From positions 2,604,001 to 2,668,000 of the forward strand of contig JBHGNT010000016.1 in the NCBI GenBank assembly GCA_043228905.1: a stretch of DNA of 64,000 nucleotides. Reading direction: 5' to 3'. The notes below the pieces were generated by a model that worked only from the letters and a program-made list of their open reading frames with translations, did no database searches and was not told where the DNA came from. A program made the position numbers and the translations under genes. Of this stretch, positions 26,300-37,526 are shown piece after piece (within the stretch, counting starts at the first letter, position 1; every line of letters starts with the position of its first letter). The DNA comes from Azolla caroliniana (taxonomy: Eukaryota; Plantae; Polypodiophyta).

Positions 26300-28300
26300 G
26301 TTTTTTATACACACTAATGCGTGAAGTGCCGTCAGCACCTCGGCCTTTGAAATACAATCATCAAATGTTAAGTAGGCCCAAACTCACAAAGGAAAACATT
26401 ACACATCAAAGTTGTTGTGCAATCAACTCGAGGAGATGCTTGAATTTTGAATTGAATCTCCTAGCACTTGATTGTAGAAGCCCTTCCAAGGCTATTTCTT
26501 TGTCACTTTACATTGTCATGATGCTCGATGAAGGTACTTACAGAGTCATTCTAGGGGGGTTTTAGTTCACTCTAGGCACATTGGCAATGTCAAAAGTATC
26601 AAATTATGTAGTGTTTCAAAAACATGTTGATATATAATAAAATTCACACAATTACAATAGTAAAAAGGGCTGAAATCCCAAAGTTCTTAGACTTTTTTCA
26701 AAGTTGTCCTGCCTCCAAGACATGCAAACATTAGGGATTGTACATTTCAAAAAACACCAAGAAGGGCATTTCTTTTATTTTTCAAGAGGACATAATCTAA
26801 ATTTTCTATTTTTGCTAAGGCATTTTTCTTGCCTCCAAATTTTGAGTATCCAAGACTCTATAAAAAAATTAACATTGCATAACTTCAATAGAATCTTTAA
26901 GCTTTTCAACATTAATCACAACATCAATCTTCAAATTTGACCTTGTTGTGCACACAAATTCGACATGCATGATTCCCAGATGTGTGTTTATCTCCTCTCT
27001 CAATAACTTTCAAATTTCCGTAGGGGGCTTGAAAACAAGTCCAAATTTTACAATTGTCACATCTTGTATAGATGTCGTTAATACGCTTGCTCAAATGGGA
27101 GTATTACCTTCCTTTATATGAATTCCACTATAATGTCGAGGATAATTCAATTAGATACTACAATGAGTTTATCACTTCATGTTTATGGTCAATTATCTTT
27201 CATGTTGTCTTCAAGAAAGTCCTACACTATGTGATTAGATTGCATTTATGTATATCCAATCAATATGGAAGTTTCAAATGTAAGCCTACTTAAATGATAT
27301 TCCAAAAAATGGACAAAATCATGTATTGAAAGCCACAAACATGGTCCCTTCATAGCAAGTTAAAGTTGGGCAATCAATAGTTATTCCAATTGTGTTGTAT
27401 CATTTGTCACTCATGTTATGTGTAGGCAACCTCTTATGTGTTTTAGATTATGGCAAATAAAGGAAAATGCGAGCCTTGCTTAAGTGGCATGGAAGCATGT
27501 TTATGCTCCAAAAAGGCTTTGAGAGATAGGAATTTTAAATATATATGATTAGACTCATGTGAGTGTCTCATTCCTTTGAGGAGTGTTTGAGGGGAACCAA
27601 TCATGGAAAATGTAGTGAATCGTGATGAACCGCTTTTGAAACAAGTCTTTGGCTTTAGGGAGAGGTTTCTTGGGACCAATTGATAATTTGTTTTAGGTGT
27701 AGCATGCACAAACTTATTGTGTCCTTCAAGTGAGGTGATGTCTTTTGTAAATACACATGTTTGGCTATTGCAATGCATTTCTTACTTTTGTTGTCCTTGG
27801 TGCAACAAGTTCAGCCATCATTGATGTTGTTTGTGTATAGCCAATGGTAGACTTGTATTTGCATGTTTTTTCTTGGCTTTCCTCCAATCTCTCTATGTGA
27901 TCCATTATTGCCTGAGATTTGGGATGTTGGCACCTATAGTAGCATTTCAAACTACTAGAACTAGATTTGTGATTTCCAAAAAATAAAGGCCCGTTTGATT
28001 GAGGATTCAAGGATTGTCTACATTGCAAAGTCAAATCTCTCATTTTCTGGATTCATCAATCAAGGTTGATTGACCATTTGCAAGACATGACCCAAAACAA
28101 ATTCAAAACAAGTGACATAGACATGAGTGGAATCATGTGTTGAGATGGGTTGGCATTCCAATATTCCACTCAGAGCTAAGGTTTTCATTTAGAGGGTTAT
28201 GGTTGGGGATTACACATCATTTGATCACTTGGCCATTGTATAGACAATCACTTTCCAAAGCTCGAATCTATGTCACTTCCACCACATTTGAAGATAATGT
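26300..28300 (-). mobile_element. Possible highly decayed DNA-transposon (MULE-like) coding remnant
   Basis: Broken, CpG-poor, coding-like stretches (DHIERLEESQEKTCK, ELVAPRTTKV, EGHNKFVHATPKTNYQ). No intact catalytic motif, so the family call is a guess. Confidence 0.25.
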
Positions 28301-28999
28301 TTCAATTCTTGAGGTACTAGGGTTTATAGCATAAATGGAGGATGTGGAATGCCTTTGTATTTGATGCACAAGCAGGATGCAAAGACCAACCAGGCAATTG
28401 AAAGGCAATTAGCTTCAGCAATTCTTGATGTTAGAAACTTCAGGGTGGTTGTTGCATGAGGTTCAAACATGTATTTTGGTCCAAGACCACATTCAAAACT
28501 TGTGTTGGCCCCTTCAGCAAACAGTCTCATAGGAGGTGTACATGACCCTATATGGATCCTTTGGTCTCTTGGGTTCTTTGTAGTTTGCTTCCCATAATTA
28601 ATTAAGAAATGAGAATGTGAATGAGAATTAATTAATATAACTGTGTTTAAGAAATCAACCATTTGTTACAATAGATAATCACAGTTTTTATTATTGAATA
28701 TTTATATAAAAGCATTTACAACCGGATGAAGAAAATATTATGTCCCTAGATTTAGACAAGACATTTTCTCCCTTGCTTAACAATAGTACCCCATCACCTC
28801 TATCCTCTAAATCATCAGTTGATTTTCCACATTCTAAACAAGGCTCTCTTTTTAAATCGAAAAATCAAACGACCAAAAATCGAAAACAACTCGACCTTTT
28901 AAATAGCTTCTTTGCATCACGTTCACTTTGGAAGCCTATCCACTCCAGCACTTTTCATGAATGTCTCTAATCAAGTTCTTTTTCATGTTTGTTTGGGTT

Positions 29000-30977
29000 T
29001 TACTCTAGCTCCTTCAAAAAGTCTTTGTTGTCCACAAAAACCTGTCACAGTTCCATAAAATCAATCAATCCATCCATCTTCCTGTTGCCATACATAGATA
29101 ACAAATCTTCAACTTGAATCAATCAATCTGCCACACTCAGAAATATTACAGGTTTTTCTGATTAATTTTGACAAGTGCCCAAAGATTATGTTAAAGCATT
29201 TTATTAGAGCAAGCCATGGTCAAGTACACATTCAATTGGATCCAATAAAGGTTAATGGTTCTCTTCCGACAATAATCAAAGAATCAATCAATCTGCCTCC
29301 CTCAGAAATATTACAGGTTTTTCTGAATACTTTTGACATTACAACAATGTCCAAACATCAGGGTAAAGCATTCTATTAGTGCAAGCCACATTCATGTAGA
29401 CACTCAATTGAATCCAATGAAGGTAGTGGTTCTCTTCAGAGAATAATTATGCAAATAGATAGATTTCACCAGTTTAGGGTTCATAAATAGATACATAGAT
29501 AGATAGATAGATTTTATTATTGACTTTAAAGGTCAAATATGACCTATGAGATAAAAAATAGAACATTTTCATGTAGCACATGTGAAAGTGAGCAGTGACT
29601 CTTGATGTTCAAGAACTTTACTAATGAATGTTATAATCAATAGTGCACAACATGGTTGTGAGAAAAATTTGTGAGGGACTTTTTTGAATCTTAAGCATGT
29701 ATTCAACAACCCTACCCATGGCCATGATCTCAATGGGAAGTGATCCTGTCTCAAGGAGTAGGAGGGTGTATCAAGGTTGTTAGGTACGTTAGATACGATA
29801 CAGATACCATACGTATATAACGTATTAATACGCGTATAGTACCTCCCAATTTAAAAATACGTTAAATACGTTTTTTAATATGTTAAATACATATAAAATA
29901 TGTATTTTACGTATAGTACGTTACATCTAGAATTTGAAAATTATTTACCTTTCTAAAAAATATTTGTAATATTGTAAAAAGCATCTATGTTTACACAATT
30001 TTGTGATGCACATTATAGGTCTACATCCTAAAATGCATATAAAACATTTAAACATTTCACATCTTAAAATACTTATAATATGGATGTCGACATTCATTTG
30101 TTCTATAAATCAGTGTAAGTGTGTATCACGATATTCTACTTCAAATTGTAATTATTTACGATTATGCCCTCATAGATTGAGGAATCGTCTACAATTATCA
30201 CACTCATTATAGGTTTCTCTCTTCATTTCTCTCTTCTTCATCTTCATCTTCATCTTCTATCTTCTGTGATTATCACACTCAGAGTCAAGACAGGTTTCTA
30301 TCGTCTTTTCTCTTCTTTTTTTCTTCTTTGTCATCGTCATTTCTTCTGTTCTCCATTCTTTTTCACTAAAATCTTTTTTTTCTTTTGCTTTTTGTTGGGA
30401 TTTTACTTACATTTTTTTAGAGATACGTATTACACCTGTTTTTTCAAATGTACGTTAAATACCATATTGGACAAATGTACATGATATTTGACTGAACAAC
30501 ATTGAGATATAATACGTACTATACAAATTATGAGGTACTATACGTATTTAGACGTTAAATACGGGTACGTAAACAACCATGGGGTGTATGGCGTTTGTTT
30601 CTTGGCTTGGTAGAAACTTCGTCATCGTCATTTCTTCTGTTCTCTCTTTTTCACTAAAATCCTTTTTTTCTTTTGCTTTTTGTTGGGATTTTACTTACAT
30701 TTTTTTAGAGATACGTATTACACCTGTTTTTTCAAATGTACGTTAAATACCATATTGGACAAATGTACATGATATTTGACTGAACAACATTGAGGTATAG
30801 TACGTACTATACAAATTATGAGGTACTATACGTATTTAAACGTTAAATACGGGTACGTAAACAACCATGGGGTGTATGGCGTTTGTTTCTTGGCTTGGTA
30901 GAAACTTCGTACAAAAATGCTTTTGGACGTTTTTAAGCTATTTCCAAGTAGACTTAAGGGATGCTACCACCCCATAC

Positions 30978-31032
<55 letters not shown>

Positions 31033-31265
31033 ATTATCGTCTTCGGAGGTCAAATATGACCTATGAGACCAAAAATATTACATTTCACATAATACGTGTG
31101 AAAGTGAGTAGTGACTCTCGATGTTCAAGAACTTTACCAATGAATGTTGCAATCGAGAGTGCACATTGTGGTTGTGAGAGGAATTCATGCAAGGATTGGG
31201 CTCAGTCAAAGAGATGTGGAAAGCATGGTCGAATATGATCAAAGGCAGAGCATTGTATCATATTT

Positions 31266-31310
<45 letters not shown>

Positions 31311-34300
31311 TAGCATTCTCATGCCTGAAATTACAATATAGAAAATGCACATGTATTCTTTGCATTGTTGAAACCCTAATTTCTGAAATAACAGAAATTA
31401 TTACAATATGTGAACCAGCCACATAATTAGGTTTCTGTGAACTAATTCGATAAGATAGAGAACAACACCACGATATTGAAAAGCCTAATTTCAGAAACCC
31501 TAATATTGACAAAAAAAGGACTGCCAAACAAGGGAATCCTAAATCTGCTGCCTACACAAGGGCTGTCCCTTCATATTGTTTGAAATTGTTTATTGTTTAT
31601 ATAGAGAAGAAAAAAATGTCCCTCTAATCAGAAGTCTCTGATGCATCTGTTCATTCTTTAGGGATACCATAGACAGAAATTGGGAAAAGGTCACAAACAC
31701 GAGAGCAACACACCTTAAGGGCAGTAGATAAGGCTTCCCAAGATAAAATGCTGGATACAAAATGTTTCCAGGCACACACGTACTAAATTTGTGACAAGTT
31801 AGTTTTTGAACTCATGTCCAACCAATCATATATGTTTCATAAATCATTTCCTTGTCCTCCCAAACCGCCCCCCCCCCTTGCCACTTGTGTAGTAAATAGC
31901 AATTATTTTACCTGCTTCTCTTTGTCTAAATTATAAGGAAAACACATCAAGATTCAGGATCGAGACAACATGCTGAATATTGGCATCTAAATTAGGAGTG
32001 GTATATGTTGTTTTCTAAGAAACCTAAGGTGAAGCCACATCAAGAATCAGAACCTGAAGAACACAGATATCACAATACTGACCGATTTCCAACCATCTGG
32101 ATCAAGGCATGCGAAAATCTTGGTATTGATCCCCGGAAGTGGTCCAGGCTCTCGGGTTATTTTTCCTCCTGCTGCTCTCACAGCCTCAGCTGTTTTGTAT
32201 ACATCATCGGTTCCTATGGCAACCTGTAAATTATAATCATCACCATAATTAATGGTAATCATAACGTAATACAGTTATTTCCCTTAGGTTCAATACCTAA
32301 AAGAACGGTCATATAAAGCGAACAAAAGACTGAAAATCAACATTGAAATCCTCAGCAATTGTTTCGGATTCAGGGTTTAAAATGAAACAAAATTTGTTTT
32401 AATGTTTCCTCAAATACTGCATTATACCTGGCCATATGCGTTGCCCTTCTCATACTCAGTTACTCCATAGTTATAGGTCAATTCCAAAACTGGGAATTTG
32501 TCCTCTGGACCATAGCCTAGCATTGCTAATGTATACTAAAAGGACACAATAATAGAACGATTTAGTCCTCGAGAAGCAATGATCTGTTATCCAATATAAC
32601 CACATACAGACCTTGTATTCTGGGTTATCACGTGTTCGGAGAAGTTGCATTCCAAAAGCCTGGGATACAATCATTATTAGAGTAATTGTAGAAAACCAAT
32701 GACATTCAATCTGATCATCTCTGAAAACCAAGGTACATAGATAAAGACATATTTTCTGCTAAAACTTGATAGCTCAATCATCATCACCTACTCTGAACAA
32801 TACATTTTAAAGAAAAAAACAGCAATAAAACCCTAAGTAGCCTCTGATTAATGACTATTTAGGAATGAGTGGTATTTGTATGATTGTAGAAAACCAAAAC
32901 ACATACATACATCCTGGTTGTGCTCTTGTAAAGATTTGAGTCCAAAATGCACTAATAAATCTGAATAATTATTGTTGACTATCCATCAGTAACCCCCTAA
33001 ATTAGAACAACTCATGAACAATGTGGTAAGCCAATTGATGAGTTGTCATTGTATTTTAAGCTGTAATGAATTCAGTTAGCTTTGTTAAAAGATCAATAAC
33101 AATCCACGTCTAGTAGTGACAGCCAGTATAAAACTTGAACCCACATAAACAAATTTAGTTCAAAACATATTAATTACTCATTTGGGCATTCACATGTGAG
33201 GGAAAACACAATTGAACAAATGTTCTAGATTACTCAAATGAATATCCATGTTAGTCTAAGGCAAGCAAACTCGTTTGAGTTGTTTGCGGCTGATAAAAAA
33301 TAGAGCATATGGACAAAGAAGAGAAAGGCGCCATATATGTTTTCTGAAAACCAAGTATATACATAGAGACATACTTTCTCGTAAAACTTGATAGCTCGAT
33401 CAAGATCGCCCACTCTTAACATGACCTGACAAAGCGGCTCCGGAGTTGGTCCCCTTTGAATTAGTTCAAATTTGTAACCATCTGGGTCTTCTATGAACGC
33501 TATCACAGAATTTCCACCCTTGACAGGACCTGGTTCTCTTGACACATAGCCGCCCTTAGCTTTAATAAGCTCTACTGTCTTATAAACCTGAAAACAAATC
33601 ATTTTTTGCAAAAACCTTTACTACTGTTTTTCATCAGAATTTATTGCTTCCTTATAGTCATTTTGAGAAAATCAACAAGTCATACAAATGAATAGTAATA
33701 ATATGAATGAAAATATTATATTTTAGGCCTCAGAATTCAACTGAATTGATTTGCAAAAGAAAATATTTCTTGCATCTGAATTAACATTAAGAGAGAAGTC
33801 ACAAAACAAATAGGGGTGAATGGTTGCGTGCAAAATAATTGTGGTGTAAATTGTGGTGTATATAGACCTCAGGATTCAGGCGAAATTGATCTGAAAACAA
33901 ATATATTGCTTGCTTATTGACATCTAGAAAAATGGCACAAAAAGAAATACACATAAATAAGGATAATTCTTGAAAACTGTATTATCTAGACCTTTAAAAT
34001 TATATTTTATGAAATATTTATTAACACTTCACAAAAAGCGGCTCAAAACAAATATAGGTAAACAATATCATAAATGAAGATAGCGATACATAGACTTATA
34101 TGAAATTTCCCAAATAGAATTTGCACATTTTTACATGGGAATGCAAACTTACATCTTCCACTGCAATTCCAAAATGACCAAAACCTGACCCCAAATTATA
34201 TTTCTCTACACCGTAATCTGAAACAAATATGTCATAAATCCTAATAAATTGTGTGTGCATGGAAAATAAGCCATAAAGCAGACTCATAGAGCAAAAAAAT

Positions 34301-35610
34301 TCAGAACAGACACATATATGCTTACTGTAGGTCAACTCGACAACAAAGTGTGAATCTTCTGGACCATATCCAAGGAAAGCATTTGTATACCTTTCATCTG
34401 GTATATCTCGTTTCCGCAGGAGCTTCATCCCAAGGCATTCGGTATAAAATCTGTACATTTTATGTTAAAAAAATCCTTGAGAGCGAAGGCAACACAAAAT
34501 CAAGTTCCATGACTTTGTTTGAACTGGAAAACACACTTGATAGTTTTGTCCAAATCTCCAACTCGGTAGACTACATGAAGTAATCTTCTATTGTCTTCCT
34601 TTGCCCATTCCGTGATACTCTCATTGCTTGCCATAGCTTCTGTTCCAACCATGTTTGCCATTGTAGAGAGGGGAAGAACGTTCTTCAAATGCTGAAGACA
34701 GAAGCCTGCAGACACAGATATCAAGATTATTGATTTATATCCAGCATATGTTCATGACTGAATTCTCAAGGAAAATACGAGACATTACATGCTAAAGCAC
34801 AATGCAAAACCGATGTCTTCATATGTCCTATGAGAGATTTCCGACTCACTAGCTTGCCTCATTAAAGTTATTAAGTATTCAATAAACAGATATATAAAGA
34901 TCATTAGGAAATTATACGTTGCAATGCATGCATGTTAATGCTAGAATATACGCATAACTTTAAAAACGCACTTTCCACAAATGAACCAAAGAGTTGGAGA
35001 ACATTAACACCCATTATAGAATACAGAAAGAAATAGTTCAAAATGCCCCTAAACAAATATCACAAGGGGCGATTCTTAATGTGGACAAATACACATATGC
35101 ATTGTACAGAGCAAGATCATGAACAATAAAACCTCAGAGTGTTGAAAAAAAAAGCATTGCCATACATTGAATCAGGCGAAGAAAATTAAATTAAACACCA
35201 AATTATTTTCTTTGTTTTTTTGGAATTTTTCTGTGCTAAGATATTGTTTTTCTTATGGTTCTCTTATAGATCTTCTTTATTTCCGTTTACGCATGCATTG
35301 GTCTTCTGCTATTTGAAACACATGGGTTTGCATCGGAAAAAAACTACATACAAAACAGAACAACAAAATGCTGAGTCCATGGAGCAGAGAGAGATGAATT
35401 TCTTTTCCTACCTTGAAGAGAGACGAGACGTCGTGTGATCTGCTTGCTACGAGAAGAAGGGGAAGTGGAAGAGGAAGAGGAAGAGGAGATGTGGAGGAAG
35501 GAAGGGGCGAAAGCTCTGGCCGCGGAGAAAGAAGAGGAGCAGGAACAGGAACAGGAAGATGATGAAGGGAAGGAGTGAAGGTGTGAAGAAGCCATGGCCA
35601 TCATCATCAT
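29000..35610 (-). CDS. GLX1: Lactoylglutathione lyase (glyoxalase I, Ni2+-type, two-domain) with putative plastid transit peptide, ~369 aa; exons 35610-35412, 34705-34537, 34450-34326, 34217-34153, 33587-33375, 32659-32612, 32535-32428, 32223-32083, 29041-29000
   Basis: [107 protein letters not shown]|[13 protein letters not shown]. All eight introns are GT-AG, giving 1110 nt in frame. The N-terminus is Ser-rich. Confidence 0.93.
29117..29437. repeat. Diverged tandem duplication (~165 bp unit) in the last glyoxalase intron
   Basis: GAATCAATCAATCTGCC...CTCAGAAATATTACAGGTTTTTCTGA and AAGCATT.TATTAG.GCAAGCCA...TGGTTCTCTTC each occur twice. Confidence 0.8.
29772..30581. mobile_element. Non-autonomous hAT element (~810 bp) with perfect 8-bp TSD
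   Basis: TIRs CAAGGTTGTT / AACAACCATG; TSD GGGTGTAT at 29764-29771 and 30582-30589; subterminal TACGT repeats. Confidence 0.85.
30330..30910. repeat. Tandem duplication (~290 bp unit) copying the hAT right end, TSD and flank
   Basis: GTCATCGTCATTTCTTCTGTTCTC...AAACAACCATGGGGTGTATGG...AGAAACTTCGT at 30330-30622 and 30621-30910, nearly identical. Confidence 0.9.
31028..31265 (-). mobile_element. 5'-truncated RTE LINE 3' end embedded in (GA)n
   Basis: Encodes [43 protein letters not shown] and is homologous to 29510-29670. (GA)n lies on both sides (30981-31028, 31268-31305). Confidence 0.65.
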
Positions 35611-35641
35611 AAGTTATAACAACAGATAAGAGACAGAGACA

Positions 35642-35709
35642 GAGAAAGAGAGAGAGAGAGAGACCACAAACACCCAACACTACTCACACACACATAATCT
35701 CTCTCTTCA

Positions 35710-35740
<31 letters not shown>

Positions 35741-35972
35741 ACAAACACCCAACACTACTCACACACGCATAATCTCTCTCTTCAAGATAGAGAGAGAGAG
35801 AGAGACCACAGACACCCAACACTACTCACACACACATAATCTCTCTCTTCAAGAGAGAGAGAGAGAGACCACAGACACCCAACACTACTCACACACACAT
35901 AATCTCTCTCTTCAAGATAGAGAGAGAGAGAGAGAGAGAGAGACCACAAACACCCAACACTACTCACACAAC

Positions 35973-35985
<13 letters not shown>
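35642..35985. repeat. Five-unit minisatellite with variable (AG)n spacers directly upstream of the glyoxalase ATG
   Basis: Unit CCACA(A/G)ACACCCAACACTACTCACACACACATAATCTCTCTCTTCAAG separated by (AG)n tracts of varying length; the fifth copy runs into (CT)n. Confidence 0.9.
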
Positions 35986-36020
<35 letters not shown>

Positions 36021-36023
<3 letters not shown>

Positions 36024-36586
36024 AGGTCGAGCGGGCAAAACTATCATCCATTGCTCATTTGGGTTGATGTCTCTCTCTCTCTCTCTCTCTCTCTCCTCAG
36101 GTCGAGCGGGCAAAACTATCATCCATTGCTCATTTGGGTTGATGTCTCTAGATCCTATAGATAGATAAGCAGATGGATTCGGCCTCCAATAGATTGATAA
36201 TCCGATTGATTGATTGCCGAATTCGCTTGATGTGGCTGATTCTCTAAGCCCGCAATATGTTAAATGAAAACATCATGTAGCAAGATTTGAACTTTTGTGA
36301 CGTTTCTCGCTAGTAGATGCATGCTGAGATCGGACGAAATATCTTTCGTGACTTTCTCGCTAGCCGATGTGATATCGTTGTGCATTCAAATATGGCAATT
36401 CATGAATAGAAATAAGGTGTCTTATCACCATACAATGGCTCATTTGCTAGTAGATGCATGCTGAGATCGGACGAAATATCTTTCGTGACTTTCTCGCTAG
36501 CCGATGTGATATCGTTGTGCATTCAAATATGGCAATTCATGAATAGAAATAAGGTGTCTTATCACCATACAATGGCTCATTTGCTG
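36021..36586. repeat. Two further tandem duplications (~75 bp unit at 36021-36148; 137 bp unit at 36309-36586)
   Basis: CTCAGGTCGAGCGGGCAAAACTATCATCC... occurs twice; GCTAGTAGATGCATGCTGAGATCGGACG...CAATGGCTCATTT occurs twice, essentially identical. Confidence 0.9.
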
Positions 36587-37526
36587 CAATCACCACTACC
36601 CTCATTGTGAATTGAACTTTACACAATTTTGCATTCTTAACACCCTGACACGATCATTTCTTTATAGCTCCCAAAGGCTTTCGATGTCAATATATTGATT
36701 TTGTAGTCATACTAATATGTCGTGAATTCTACGAATACAATATGCTCCTATGTTTACAGAATCATCATTGTGAAACACGCGGAAGAGCCCCTTAGGCATG
36801 AACCCCCATCAATTATCTTGTTGCGCCACAAAATACATTGATTGCCTATCAAAATGACAAAGCTTATATGCCTCCATGTGTATTGTGGATTGTTAATTAG
36901 GAATTGCTGTCTAGCATGGAGGTAATGAATGTAGATGGCGTTCATATACACATGACGGGCAGTTTGCAATGACCATAGTTACAAATCGGTTTGACATGTA
37001 CATAGTTAACATGCAATTTCTTTTGTTTTTGGCATTTTCACTTTTATTAAGTGAGATGCATTAATGCTAGTGTTCCACTTGACACAAGCTTTGCTTGTCA
37101 AATCAGGCTTACCTATGCAAGTGAGCAATTAGAACACAATTTGACCTCAAACACACTCATAAAACAAAACTTGAATGGTAGCCATTCAAAGTGTTGGCTG
37201 GTAAAAACAGAAAAGACAAATTTAGATTCACCATGGGAAAAGGGACTCCTTACAACTTACAACAATAAAGTTAGCATGATCAACTACTTGTGGACAACAA
37301 GAGTGCAAGGGTAATAAATGAGAGATACAAAGAGACTATGTGTGTGTGCCCACGTGTATAAGAATGATGGTGTGATGACTAATGTGCATGGGAGCCGGTA
37401 AGTATACTATGAAGTTAGGAGTATGAGGAGACTTGTCCATTTTGGACATTCTAAAGCTACTAGAAGTGCACGAAGTTACAAAGTTAGAGGAAAACTCGTC
37501 CATTTCGGACACTTGGGTTGGTTAAG

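Larger units (their letters stand above)
29487..30980 (-). mobile_element. Internally deleted RTE-type LINE interrupted by a hAT element
   Basis: The minus strand reads VWGGSIPKSTWK..NVQKHF...KQTPYT|[16 protein letters not shown] across the hAT insertion, then jumps to the C-terminal FSQP.CAL.I.TFI.KVLEH.ESLL. The 3' end is GGTCATATTTGACC...AATAAAAT followed by a (CTAT)n tail. Confidence 0.65.

Noticed and set aside
35642-35985. CRISPR-like repeat-spacer array
   Set aside because: The spacers are (AG)n microsatellites rather than unique sequences, there are no cas genes, and the context is eukaryotic.
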